From Octopus vulgaris (lineage: Eukaryota): 64,000 nucleotides of DNA. Positions 11,989-24,359 of this stretch are shown in pieces. Each line of letters opens with the position of its first letter. Within the stretch, counting starts at the first letter, position 1. The notes beneath the pieces were generated by a model, which saw only the letters and a program-made list of their open reading frames with translations, was not told the origin of the DNA and did no database searches. The stretch lies in NCBI GenBank assembly GCA_951406725.2, contig OX597833.1, positions 29,512,001 through 29,576,000 on the forward strand, read 5' to 3'. A program made the position numbers and the translations under genes.

Positions 11989-12024
11989 ATAAAACGGTAA
12001 GATAACAAAAGAAAGAAAGAGACG

Positions 12025-12527
12025 CCCTATACTAATGGAAGATTTTGGCCAGATGTAAGCCCTATACTAACGGCAGCGGAAGGTGCGGTTTATGCGACAT
12101 GGAGAGATGGCTTATCTGGAAAAGCAGCTTAGACCCTACCACATGTCTAAATACAAGGACAGAACTTTTCGGATCATGCCCACATGTGACTAAATTTCTG
12201 TTACGTTTTTGGTCCCCTAAAGAAAACGGATAGAACATGCTTTCTGTGTTATGTCCCAAGAAGATTTTATATATTTTTATATATTTTTATATATTTTTTA
12301 TGTATTTTTATATAATTTTTATGACGAAAAATGCGAGCGATGTATAAGTACGCAGGCAAAGCAGAGTTATAACAGAGTAATTTCCCTTCATTTTTAACAT
12401 CATTTTTAACGGTATTTTTTCATAACGTTTTCAAATAGCCAGATAACCGAAGAGATGGTGTTGTGGATTTCCACTTCGGCATCTGAAACTCAGAGTTTTA
12501 TCTTGACTACCGAGTAATGTAACATAT
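12025..12527 (+). mobile_element. 3' fragment of a Penelope-like element: GIY-YIG C-terminus, 3' UTR and HHR
   Basis: WKILARCKPY...RCGLCDMER...LNTRTELFGSCPH matches the WxIL..xxxY..CxLCxxE..LNxRxE..CxH tail also seen at about 19580-19720 and 30520-30670. Flanked by (TA)n. Confidence 0.8.
12441..12503 (+). ncRNA. Type I hammerhead ribozyme motif (U4C variant)
   Basis: Stem I AGATAA/TTATCT, core CCGAAGA, stem II GATG/CATC plus one extra U, GAAA, stem III ACTC-A-GAGT, cleavage triplet GUU ending at 12497. Confidence 0.7.
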
Positions 12528-12532
12528 TGTAT

Positions 12533-12576
<44 letters not shown>

Positions 12577-12774
12577 ATATATGTATGTATGTATATATAT
12601 GTATGTATGTATATATATGTATGTATGTAAATATATGTATGTATGTATATATATGTATGTATGTATATATATGTATGTATGTAAATATATGTATGTGTGT
12701 ATATATATGTGTGCATGTATGTATGTATATATATATATGCATATGTATGTATGTATACATATGTATATATATAT

Positions 12775-13867
<1,093 letters not shown>

Positions 13868-14059
13868 TTGAGTATAGAAATTCGGGGTGAGTACTTGATA
13901 ATTATAAGCACCTGTGTATACCGTTAGGGGGTGTAGGTGGTGGAGTAAATTGATCAAAATAAAAACATGATGCGAAGGATTCAGCGGTACATATGGAGGA
14001 TTTGCATCCCCAACCAAGAATTTTTGATGTAACACATGTCCTTGTGGAAGCTGTTGTGC

Positions 14060-14137
14060 GCGGCTGAAGAAGGCCACAGACATACATTATGCATTGTTAT
14101 AAATCTGTCTAATAAAGGCCCGAAACATATGTACCGC
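14060..14137 (+). ncRNA. Type I hammerhead ribozyme motif
   Basis: Stem I GCGG/CCGC, core CTGAAGA, stem II (A)GGCC...GGCC(C) extended by ACAGA/TCTGT, GAAA, palindromic stem III ACATATGT, cleavage triplet GUA ending at 14133. Confidence 0.8.
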
Positions 14138-14168
14138 TGAATCCTTCGCATCATGTTTTTATTTTGAT

Positions 14169-14232
<64 letters not shown>

Positions 14233-14235
14233 ACT

Positions 14236-14547
14236 TGGGTATGAATAAGTATTTCATTTATATCTCACGTATGTGCCGCTGAAGAGGGGAAATTTCTTGT
14301 GAATTAACCCCGAAATTGGACCAATACGGTAATAACGAATTTTTTAGAGATTTCTATCGGTTTGTTTCGAGACGCATAAATTTAATGGTTATTGACAATT
14401 TTTTTGTTTTCGGCGTATCTGGCATTAGAATTTTTCTTGTGCCCTTATCTTGTAAATTATGTATAAATTTTACCTTTAAAGGCATTTTTTGATATGCTGG
14501 CCATTGATAACATTTTTTTCCCGAAAAAAATTTTATCCTATATCAAT
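14236..14547 (+). repeat. Direct repeat copy 1 (pseudo-LTR or retrozyme-like)
   Basis: Near-identical to 16277-16591. Begins just after a (TA)n tract and contains an HHR. Confidence 0.9.
14274..14331 (+). ncRNA. Type I hammerhead ribozyme, canonical core
   Basis: Stem I TGCCG/CGGTA, core CTGAAGA, stem II GGGG/CCCC, GAAA, stem III ATTGG-A-CCAAT, cleavage triplet AUA ending at 14326. Confidence 0.88.
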
Positions 14548-14615
14548 TATAAATAGACTAGTGTTCACTTTTGGATTCTATCACTCTGTGAAAGTTTCTT
14601 GTTCGAATCACACGT

Positions 14616-16152
14616 GTTTGCTGTAAGTTGCTGATTGTTTATTGTTGAACGTTTTTGTTATACTGTTTTTGGTTGTTGTCTGTCGGTGGTGAGACAGACA
14701 GTGAGAAAATGGACTGCCCCTCCCTAACGGGAGGGATGGCCAGACAGAGGTTGTTTGAAAGTTTATCAGAATGACGAGTAGGTAGGGAGAGGAGGAGGTA
14801 GACCTGGTCAAGTTGCCGGGCTTTCAGGAATTTATAGAAGGAGAGGGCGGCGAAGCCGAATTGTCGCCACCAACAAGGCGTGGTGAGTGGTTCGATCGCA
14901 GGACCGTCAAGTACTGAGTATATGCAAACGGAAACAAAAGAATGGAAGTAGTCAGCATGGAATTTATTGAAGAAGCGTTGAAAAGAACGGAGGAAGAAAT
15001 TATTTATTTGACAAGAGGCATGGAATTCGGCACGGTGATGGTTCAATTTAGGAGCGAAAACGTAGCAAGAAAAATGGCAGCCAAAGCAGTGAAAGCGGAT
15101 AAGGTATTCCTTCTACCCTCATATTTGAACAGGAAAGCCACTCGAATCAGGGTGGAGGGAGTGCCCCCACATTTGGAAGGCGAATGGATGGCGGCAGCGG
15201 TAATCAAGGGATGTGAAGAAGAGGTGGACATCCTCCATGCTACCATGAAATATGAAGGCTGGAGGGGTGCTACAATAGATATGAACGTGCAAGCGGAGGC
15301 TGAAACGCTGGAAAGGCTAACTGAAAACATAAGAATGGGAAATATCATCATGAGAGTGTGGGTGGAGGGCAGAGCCCCGCGCTGTTACAAGTGTGGCCTG
15401 AGAGGTCACATAAGAGCTAACTGCCCTCCCCCACCAAAGGAAATTGTTATGGAACCCCAAAGAGAGGAAGAGACTAAGGAAGAAGAACGGAATCCAGTGG
15501 AGAAGGAAACAACAAAAGAGGAGGTCCAGAACGAATGGGAAGAAGAAAGGAAAAAAAGAAAGAGAAGAAGGAGAAAATTAAACAGTACTGAACCCCAATC
15601 CACCCCAACACCGCCCACACCCTCTTAATACCATCCTTCCCCTGCAGACAGTGAACCCACCCACTCCCCACCAACAAGAAAACAGAAAAAAGATGCACAC
15701 AGACAAGACACCAAACAGGAACCTAGGCCCAACATTTTATGTATCGCGGGGAGAGAGGACATAAAAGAGATAATAAGTGACTATCAATGGTGTGAGAAAG
15801 AAAGTTGTAGATATGCAGTGGTTCCAAAAGAACAAATAGATGAGCTTAAGGAGGGATGTGAAAATGAAGACTGGGAAATAAGTAAAGTGAAAATAAAGGA
15901 TGAGATAGTGAAGGAATTAGAAGAGAGATTCAAGAGAAAAATAGAGAGCGAAGGGTTTTACATTGGGAATGATATCGGATGTCAAGTCACGAAGGACAGG
16001 TAAGTGATGCTAGCGGAATGGGGCCGTTAGCATCACTTTCATCTATCATTTTCATAATGCATTTACCCATATTTATGTAATTGTGATGTTTTGTGTCCCC
16101 AATGTTTGTACTGTCCATTCTATCTTGCTCTTTATGGGTAATAAAGGAAAAA
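14616..16152 (+). mobile_element. ORF1-only non-LTR retroelement (HAL1-like) flanked by a 39-bp direct duplication
   Basis: TCTATCACTCTGTGAAAGTTTCT(T/A)GTTCGAATCACACGT occurs at 14577-14615 and 16153-16191. The element ends in GGGTAATAAAGGAAAAA, has a single gag-like ORF and no RT. Confidence 0.75.
14942..15628 (+). pseudogene. L1/Tx1 ORF1-like nucleic-acid-binding protein with CCHC zinc knuckle (core of an interrupted ORF of about 14708-16003)
   Basis: TRIRVEGVPP (RRM-like), CYKCGLRGHIRANC (CX2CX4HX4C) and a basic KKRKRRRRK stretch. The same frame continues past TAA 15628 into ORF 15818-16003 and upstream past a TGA near 14915. Confidence 0.75.
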
Positions 16153-16276
16153 TCTATCACTCTGTGAAAGTTTCTAGTTCGAATCACACGTTTCTCGATG
16201 TGCGCCGAAGATTTTTCTATTTTGGATATATTTGGGGTACTTACGTCTGCTCGGGACTTGGTGCTTGCTTCTTCCG

Positions 16277-16587
16277 TGGGTATGAATAAGTATTTCATTT
16301 ATATCTCGCGTATGTGCCGCTGAAGAGGGGAAAATTTCTTGTGAATTAACCCCGAAATTGGACCAATATGGTAATAACAAATTTTTTAGAGATTTCTATC
16401 GGTTTGTTTCAAGACGCATAAATTTAATGGTTATCGACAATTTTTTGTTTTCGGCGTATCTGGCATTAGAATTATTCTTCTGTCCTTATCTTGTAAATTA
16501 TGTATAAATTTTACCTTTAAAGGCATTTTTTGATATGCTGGCCATTGATAAAAAAAATTTTTTCCTAAAAAATTTTTTATCCTATAT

Positions 16588-16591
<4 letters not shown>
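16277..16591 (+). repeat. Direct repeat copy 2 (pseudo-LTR or retrozyme-like)
   Basis: Near-identical to 14236-14547 and runs directly into (TA)n. Confidence 0.9.
16315..16373 (+). ncRNA. Type I hammerhead ribozyme, canonical core (second copy)
   Basis: TGCCG-CTGAAGA-GGGG...CCCC-GAAA-TTGGACCAA-TA-TGGTA, with cleavage after 16368. Stem I is kept by a G-U pair. Confidence 0.85.
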
Positions 16592-16653
<62 letters not shown>

Positions 16654-16658
16654 GTAAC

Positions 16659-17329
16659 AATTTAGGTTAGTTGAAATATGTCACATATTTTGAACTGCAG
16701 TTACTGTGGAGAAAAAAATCTCTCTTATGGTAAAAAGGTTGAAAACACCTAGTTCGTTCAGTTTCGTCATCTCTTGGGAATCTCTTGGGAAACATTGATG
16801 TTTCGAGTTTATTGAATCTCGTCAATGAAATGTTCCTAAGAGAGGCAACCTGAAACGAACTAAATAAAGCATGAAGCTTGATATATAATTCAGTCAACAC
16901 GTTGACTGATCTGTGCTGGGAGATTGCCCAATCGAGATAAATAAGTAAGTAATGGCGCAAGGCAGTGTTTATGCATAATCACAATTTAGGTTTATTATAT
17001 GTAAATACTGCCTTGCGCCATTACTTCGTTATTTATCTCGATCGGTCGATCTCCTAGCACAGATTAGTCAATGTGTTAACTGAATTATATATCAAGCTAC
17101 ATGCTTTATTTAGTTCGTTCCGGGTTGCCTCTCTTAGATACATCTCATCGACAAGAGTCAATAAACTCGAAACATCAATGTTTGAGAACCCCGAGAGATG
17201 GCGACATTGAACGAACTAGGTGTTATCACACCTTTTTATAATAAGAGAGATTTTTCTCCACGGTAACTGCAGTGTATTTGCCTTTAGCACTTGAAATATG
17301 TCACAAACATATTTCAACTAACCTAAATT
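16659..17329. repeat. Fold-back palindrome (arms ~280 bp, centre ~16985) carrying two divergent HHR-like motifs
   Basis: About 16693-16978 is the diverged reverse complement of about 16995-17273. Outer inverted ends AATTTAGGTTAGTTGAAATATGT / ACATATTTCAACTAACCTAAATT. Confidence 0.85.
17143..17187 (+). ncRNA. Type I hammerhead-like motif with variant core UCGACAA
   Basis: Stem I TCTCA/TGAGA, core TCGACAA, stem II GAGT/ACTC, GAAA, stem III ACAT-CA-ATGT, triplet GUU. The mirror copy at 16786-16830(-) has core TTGACGA and a damaged stem I. Confidence 0.6.
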
Positions 17330-17422
17330 AAGTTTATACGTAAACACTGTTTTGCGGCATTTGTGTGTGTGTGTGTGTATAGATGTATATATATATATAT
17401 ATGTATATATATATGTGTGTGA

Positions 17423-17457
<35 letters not shown>

Positions 17458-17574
17458 GTAGCAAGAAGTTGAGGTTATAAGAGATAATGGTGTCATTGAG
17501 ACCCAAAGGTGTCAGGTAATGCTGAATAAGTGCTAGAGACAGACCATAGTTAAGTTCCAGATTCGAACCACTGC

Positions 17575-20500
17575 AAATTTATGAGGAAATTGCAATTGGA
17601 TGACCGAACGGAACCATATTGCTCTGCATCTCCACACTTTAATCTTAAGGATCACAAGAAGGACTTTATCACCAAACCTTCAATTCACTTAATATGCCCC
17701 ACCAAATCCTACCTAGATTGCGTAAGCAAAAGCACTTTGGACAAAGTAGTACCTATCGTCAAAGATAAATTAAACGTTAACCTTTGGTCCCACACTGGTG
17801 AAGTGATTATATGGTTCCATCTTCTAAATAACAAATTCGCATATTCATTTTTACAATTTGATATAAACAACTATTACTCTTATATTTCTCCTAAACTACT
17901 TAATCAAGCTCTTCTTCTTGCTAGGAACTTTATTAACCTAACCCCACTAGAAATTAACATTATACTTAATGTCTGCAATACCCTTATTTCTTTTGAAAGC
18001 AAACTATGGTGCTGGGCCAATAACCATAGCGTCAACCATAACAACCTATTTGACATAACCATGGTATCCTAGGATTCAGCTCAGGTCACTGACTTAGTTG
18101 GACTTTATATACTACACCAGCTCTACAGGCACTTCCCTAATATCAAGGGAGGCCTATATAGGGATGACGCTTTACTAATTACTAAAAGCATAAATAAATC
18201 CTCCTTAGAAAGAACTAGATAGGATCTACATAAATTCTTTTCTAACCTAAATCTATCTATCACATTCGAAAACGCCCACAAAACTGCTAACTTTCTGGAT
18301 GCAACCCTGAACTTATCAACATCCCAATACTTCCCTTACCACAAACCTAACCAATACCTTAAATACCTTAACATCCATTCCAATCCCCACAAATCCACTT
18401 TTAATAATGTAATTAAGGGAATCTCAACCTGCATATCTGGCCCCTCTTCCACTGAGGAAATCTTCAATAATCACGCACCATATTATAATCAAGTACTCGC
18501 TGCTAGCAGCTTCTCCCATCAAATAGAATACATCCATAACACCAGGCTCAAACAATACATGTCTCAAATCACATCTCAAACACGCAACAACCATCACAAC
18601 TGCAACCAAACATACACAGTTGATGAGACCATGGAAGCCATTGCACCCAGATAATGTAGACCCCATACACATTCGTTTAACACTAGGTCAAAAACTAAAA
18701 CAACTAACAATAACAAGCCCTGCTTACGACACACCTTACACAGAAAGATAGATAACACTCATTTATCGAACAACTTAGATAGTGCTATTCCCAGACCGCT
18801 CTATTTTATGATACACACCACCATTCTCCCTTAACGTTAAGAACTTAGCTAAATCCTTCTTTAGAATACTAGACTCTAACTTCCCTCGGCAACACAAATA
18901 TCATTCTATCTTTAATCGATCCACCCTGAAACTATCTTATTCTAACTCACCTAACTTTGAATCTATTGTAGCAGCCTCGAATAAGTAAAAGCTCTCTCTT
19001 TACTATCAAAACTCACATAACTACAATTCTACTAATACAAATAATCAACACACATATCCAGCATAGATACCCTTACATTTGGACACAACCACAACCTAAC
19101 CCATTCTACTGACACTGCCCGGAACACCACCACAATAGCAGAAGTAACAGTAACGACAAATAGCAGAAGTAACAGTAACAATAGTAGTAGTGGCGGTGTT
19201 GGTACTGATAACGTTAGTGATGATGATGATAATGATGATGATATAGACATTTTCACCCCCTTCTATAACCTCTCTTCTGATGATACTACCTCCTCTGTTA
19301 CCAAACACGGTCCTCAAAGTTCACCTAATTGTAGTTTCCGTCCTGGAACAACCTGCCTGTTACAAACCCATCGCAGAAGATATAATGTAATCTACAAATG
19401 CACGGTCCTTAACCTATTACACAACTCTACAGCCATATACATAGGATCAACAAAAAATTTTAAACAACAATATGCCACTCATCTCCACTCTTTAAGACAC
19501 GATAAACATAGTAAATCTACAACACTCGCCAACCACATACATCATCTCAAAAATGCAAATAAACCCTATACTCTATCATGGTCCATACTGAACTCAGGAC
19601 TTCCCTACCGAGGTCAACGCTCAATCTGCGAGCTTTGCCTGAAGGAGGCACTCCAAATATTAAAGCTCAACTCTCCAACACTGCTTAATAAACATAACGA
19701 GGCACTTAGCACATGCAACCACCGCTTTTATCACACATTTAAATTCTACCACAAATCCAAATGCCAGAATGACCATACAGTACATTTCTGCAATACTCCT
19801 TAGGTAATTCCAATAACCTATAAATTTACACTCTAACTCATAATCCCTATCTAGTTTCTCACACATACAACCATCTGATTATATTTGTATGTATGTGCAC
19901 ACACCCATGCGCGTGTATATATATGTACGAGTGAGGGTATGCGTATATGCATGCATGTGGTTATATGTAAACATACGTACATATGCAAGGTACATATACC
20001 TGCATATGCAGGGGCGATGATACATGCAGATGAGCGTATAAGTGAGCGTGTATGAGTGCATACGCATACGAATAAGGATTGTATATGTAACTTATCTGTT
20101 ATATACATGTATATACATCTTCACATATATTTTCTCAGATTACTAAGCACTGAACTGCTATTTCCTTAATTCTTCATATCTTTGCTCCACAATTAGACTC
20201 CACTACTACACATTGGTCATTCCTTTATCTCTTAACCCCCCATTCCTCTATCTTTTACACTATAATACCTTTCTCTCTCTCTCCTTTCTCTTTCGTTTTT
20301 TCTTTCTCTCCTCTTTTTTTCTCTTTATTTCATTCCTCTCTTCCTGTTTTCAATTTAACCATACTATTTCGAGGTCATTTTAAATACAAACCTTTGACTC
20401 TGCAACACTGTATATGAATTCCCTACTGGGAATGACCAAGTTTAAAAATCTACTGGATCTCACTCATAGGGAAATCTTACATTGCTTATAAACTCTATAT

Positions 20501-20830
20501 TTGGAAAAACTCATATTAAACTCTGTTGAACTTTTGGATTTTACTCAAAGGATATTGAATATTGCATATATACCATTATGCCTATAAAACGGATTTACAA
20601 CTTCAATACCCATACATATCTTACATCTATTTTCTTTCCTCCACCTCACTCTCTATTTTGTATCACAACTAAACTAACTATGACTTAATTTTCCTCTCAC
20701 ACCGTCTCCGATGAAGGGATATTATTAATTAATATTCTAGAAACAGCTGTAAGACCTTCTATCTATAAATGCTCTAATATCTATACAGCCTTGGGTTTTT
20801 TATCTTATTACGCAAACAATTCTTATATAT
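17575..20830 (+). mobile_element. Penelope-like retroelement (Naiad-type RT + GIY-YIG), pseudogenised, with 3' HHR
   Basis: RT motifs LKDHK, FLQFDINNYY, FDITMVS*DSAQVTDLVGLYIL, GGLYRDDAL, NFLDATLNL and KPN..LKYLNIHSN. Frame +1 19321-19803 reads NVIYKCTV...IYIGST...STTLANHI...WSIL...CELCLKE...LLNKHNE...CNH. Several stops and frameshifts. Confidence 0.88.
20704..20755 (+). ncRNA. Type I hammerhead ribozyme motif (U4C variant) in PLE 3' region
   Basis: Stem I GTCT/AGAC, core CCGATGA, stem II GGGATATT/AATATTCT with an A.A opposition at its base, GAAA, palindromic ACAGCTGT, triplet GUA ending at 20751. Confidence 0.72.
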
Positions 20831-20835
20831 ATATA

Positions 20836-22309
20836 CTAGCAGATATACTCTGTTTTGCCTGGGTTAAAGAGAATAATGAAACTTAAAAACACCGTCTAGA
20901 TTATGCAGGTCTCAACTGCTAACAACTGAGATACCAACTTTCTACATTAATAACTCTCCAACCCATGCAAGCATGGAACAGAGACATTAAGTGAAATATT
21001 AAAAGAAAGTTTTCCACTCATATATGTATATAAAGTAAATACACATAATTCAAAAACGTTTTGTGTATCTTATTTCGTAACCAAAAGAACAGGTACAGAT
21101 TATAAACAATGAAAGGCCAATTTTGGTGAATCATTGTAATAGAGAGCCAATCCAATGATAAATCTGACCTTGGATCTTGAAAGTTTGCATGAATCCTGGC
21201 TCAGTTAAATCTCTTGTGGCTCCAAATGATGTCATCTGTAGTGCAGCGTTGTATAGTTTAATTTTGTTTTTGGAAGTGCTTGGAATCTTGGTCAGTTGAT
21301 GACAAAATGACTCTGGAGGTTGGGGGATTACAGGGAATTTAACCTTTCCACCACTGCAGCACAGTGCAGGTGTCTCTCCAGGTCACTTCCTTTGCTTCTC
21401 AGTATGCTTCTGTGCACTCAGTAGTCATTGCACCAATGGAAACTCTAGTGTCATCTTCATAATGAACTGCTGGATCATAATTGAAAGCTGCTTCATAGAA
21501 GCTGCTTCTCTGGGCTGTTGCAACTGCTCTTCATTCTGCAGTGGAGATCCTGTTCCTTGTCAGCCGTGCATACCTCTGTTCATCACTTCGAGATGCTCTG
21601 GCTTTTGTAGTGCACAGTCTGTTCATTTCTTGGTATGCTTCCCTTTCTGCAGCTGTCTCTGTTTCCCTGGACAAAGACATTCTTTTGGCTGACCTTGACA
21701 TTACAGACAAGTTTGACATTTTCGTTCTAGGCATGGTTATATACATATACAGAAATACACGGGTACAGAAGATAGTATACAATGAAAATAACTGGGTAAT
21801 GGAAATTATATTTCTCAATACAACAGGCAAAAAGTAAATAAGAAATTTTTACAGAAAATAAAGAATTGTACAGGTTGAAGCGAAATTTGTCACTTAATGA
21901 ACCAAAGAGTCAGTATCAAAGGAACCAGAAAAGTAAATAAGAAATTTGTAGGTAAATTTAACAAAGTGTACGGATTGAAGTGAAATTTATGAAGTTATTT
22001 CTAACAGTAAATTATGTCTGAAATTCCATCAGTAATTGTGAACTTCTTTCTGTCAGTAATTTGTCATTGTTGTTTGTAAATAGCGATTGAAAACTTACAG
22101 TGAAAACAATAGCAATTGAAGTTAAAGTGAAAACAATACAAGTGAGTGAGATATAGATAGAGGGGGAGAGAGTGATAGCTAGTTAGACAAATAAGATAGA
22201 TATAGATAAATAACATATAGTCAGATGAATACAGAGAAATATAGAGATAGAGAGATATAGAGAGATAGAGATATGCGTGAAAAGCAACACAACTCTTTTA
22301 TATATTAGA
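20836..22309 (-). mobile_element. Internally deleted Helitron with RepHel N-terminal remnants
   Basis: Minus strand starts A|TCTAATATATAAAA and ends CTAG|T. Translation gives MPRTKMSNLSVMSRSAKR, ETPALCCSGGKV and QMTSFGATRDLTEPGFMQTFKIQGQIYHWIGSLL (Helitron N-terminal motifs). Confidence 0.85.
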
Positions 22310-22541
22310 TGAGATTGTGATAATTTTTTGCCCAATGGATGAGACAATCAATTTCTGAAAGTTAGTTGGCAAAGAGTTATCTCTCTTCTCCAAGTAACCC
22401 AGAAACGGGTATTTTCTGCCCCCAGGGGACCTGTTACTCATTATGTGAAAAATTTCAAGAGTCTAAAACTATCTCTGGAACATAAGTAATGTATGTTCCC
22501 AGTTTGGAGAAAATCAGTTGAAAAATACGGCCTTTATAATC

Positions 22542-22588
<47 letters not shown>

Positions 22589-22628
22589 ATATTATAGATA
22601 TAGATAGACATGGGTTTGTGTGTGTGTG

Positions 22629-22661
<33 letters not shown>

Positions 22662-22672
22662 ATTTATATATA

Positions 22673-22955
22673 CAGGGGTTTGACAAAACATCTAGCATCA
22701 TAGCATCATAATTTTTAAATATCTATAAAACCGTCAAAAGCTTGTTTAATTTTATGTTTTTTTTTATTTATTATTAGCATTGCTTAATATGTTTTGCTAA
22801 ATCTGCTGTTTCTTAGAAAAAGGTAATTAAAATAACAGGTCTATCGGACTTTCAAAAAGTTCAAATTGTTGGTGCTCGTATGGCAGGCGCTAGCGTAATA
22901 AAAACAGCTGAAATGTTTGGTGTATCGAGAAGTACTGTCTTGAAAGTGATGACAG
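22673..22955 (+). mobile_element. Tc1-like transposon 5' fragment
   Basis: TA|CAGGGG start, then LSDFQKVQIVGARMAGASVIKTAEMFGVSRSTVLKVMT (paired-like HTH). Confidence 0.7.
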
Positions 22956-23009
22956 TGATGTGCTGAATATCTTCAGGTGAGAAGCCCTCATAGTCCTGGC
23001 CACACTCTG

Positions 23010-23930
23010 GCCACTCCTTTTAGCCCTTGGGATTGTTCATCCAGTGGACAGGCAGCAGGTTTTTATTCTTATTTTTGAAAACCCTTGCATTCACGGACTT
23101 ATAGATAAATCCTGGTTTCATCATGAAGCCAGCAGCATTGTCACATGTAATTGGCATCACTCTGTCCTTCTGTGCCTTAAATCCTGGGACTCTGACTCCT
23201 TCATGATGTACATTCTTGAAGGCATCTCCATTCAGAACATATTGAAAACCTGTTCAACTTGTATCCCTTGTCCTTGATGATCTGCCTGAAGGTTTCGAGG
23301 TACTTCTTAGTGGCTTCTTTGTCGGCTGATGCTGTCTCTCCATGCAGGGAAACACACTTTATTTAAAACCGTTTCTGGAAATGGTCAAACCATCCCTTGC
23401 TGGTTTGAAAATCTTCATGCTCCAGTGCTGTCAATGGTCTTGGTTGCAGTTTTTTTGGTGCCTTCTGCTCCGTCTCCTCTGTTGAACTGCTGGTATAAAT
23501 TCTGTGCCTTCTCGCAGATGATGATACCACTCAAGCAGATGTTTTCTTTCTTGCAGTCACTGATCCACAATGCCATGGCAGATTTTATCCTGATGAAGTG
23601 CTTATTTTTCATTATCGTTACCTTTTTGGCAGTTTCACAGGAACTTACTGCTACGATAGTCCTGATCTCCACCTCATTCTTCTTTATGTAGCGTATGGTG
23701 CTTTCATTGACAACAATATAGCTACCTACTGCAGCATAACTTTTACCTTCCCGGAACATGTCCAGCAGTTGTGCCTTCTCATGGAGTGTCATAACATTTT
23801 TCTGGCTCTTAGGCTCACTGCCAAAAGCCTTAGAAGGTGTAAGGCATTTAGGCAGCATCTTAGGGCTTCAATAACACACTTCTAAAAACACAGCACTCAA
23901 CAAAATACTAGAGACAGCTACTGGATGCAG
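23010..23930 (-). pseudogene. pogo/Tigger transposase relic
   Basis: ORF 23415-23858 has CENP-B-type HTHs (VMTLHEKAQLLD, NESTIRYIKKNE, ALWISDCKKENICLSGIIICEKA). The frameshifted continuation gives GYKLEQVFN and NAAGFMMKPGFIYKS. Confidence 0.8.
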
Positions 23931-24359
23931 GTTTTCCAAAAGAAAACCTACAAAAAATCTTCGTTGCGTCTAATATGCGAATACCACCAATGGAAAATTG
24001 AGCAGAGATTAAAAATAATCATGGTTTTGAAATATGTTCTTTGTATTACCACTAGATACAGTAATCTATAATATAATAATAAGAGAGGGAGAGAGAGGAG
24101 TGGAGACCAACAAGTAACCTGATTTCAATGAGGCTATATTGGCTCACGACCTTAAAAATTATCCTGTTGAAATAAACAATGTATATGATCAAATGTAGCA
24201 AAGTTTTTGAAACAGCGTGTATGTGTGAAATATAGACAGATGTCACTATATTAATTAGCAAGCTTTGATTGAAAGCAGAAATAAGAGATACAAGATACAG
24301 TGCACTTGTATCTAAAACAAAATCAAACAATGTGATGAACGGCTATTCTAATCAGAGGG

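Noticed and set aside
23415-23858. Domesticated Tigger gene (TIGD/CENP-B-like)
   Set aside because: Frameshifts and stops follow the HTH region and the DDE domain is truncated, so it is a transposon relic.
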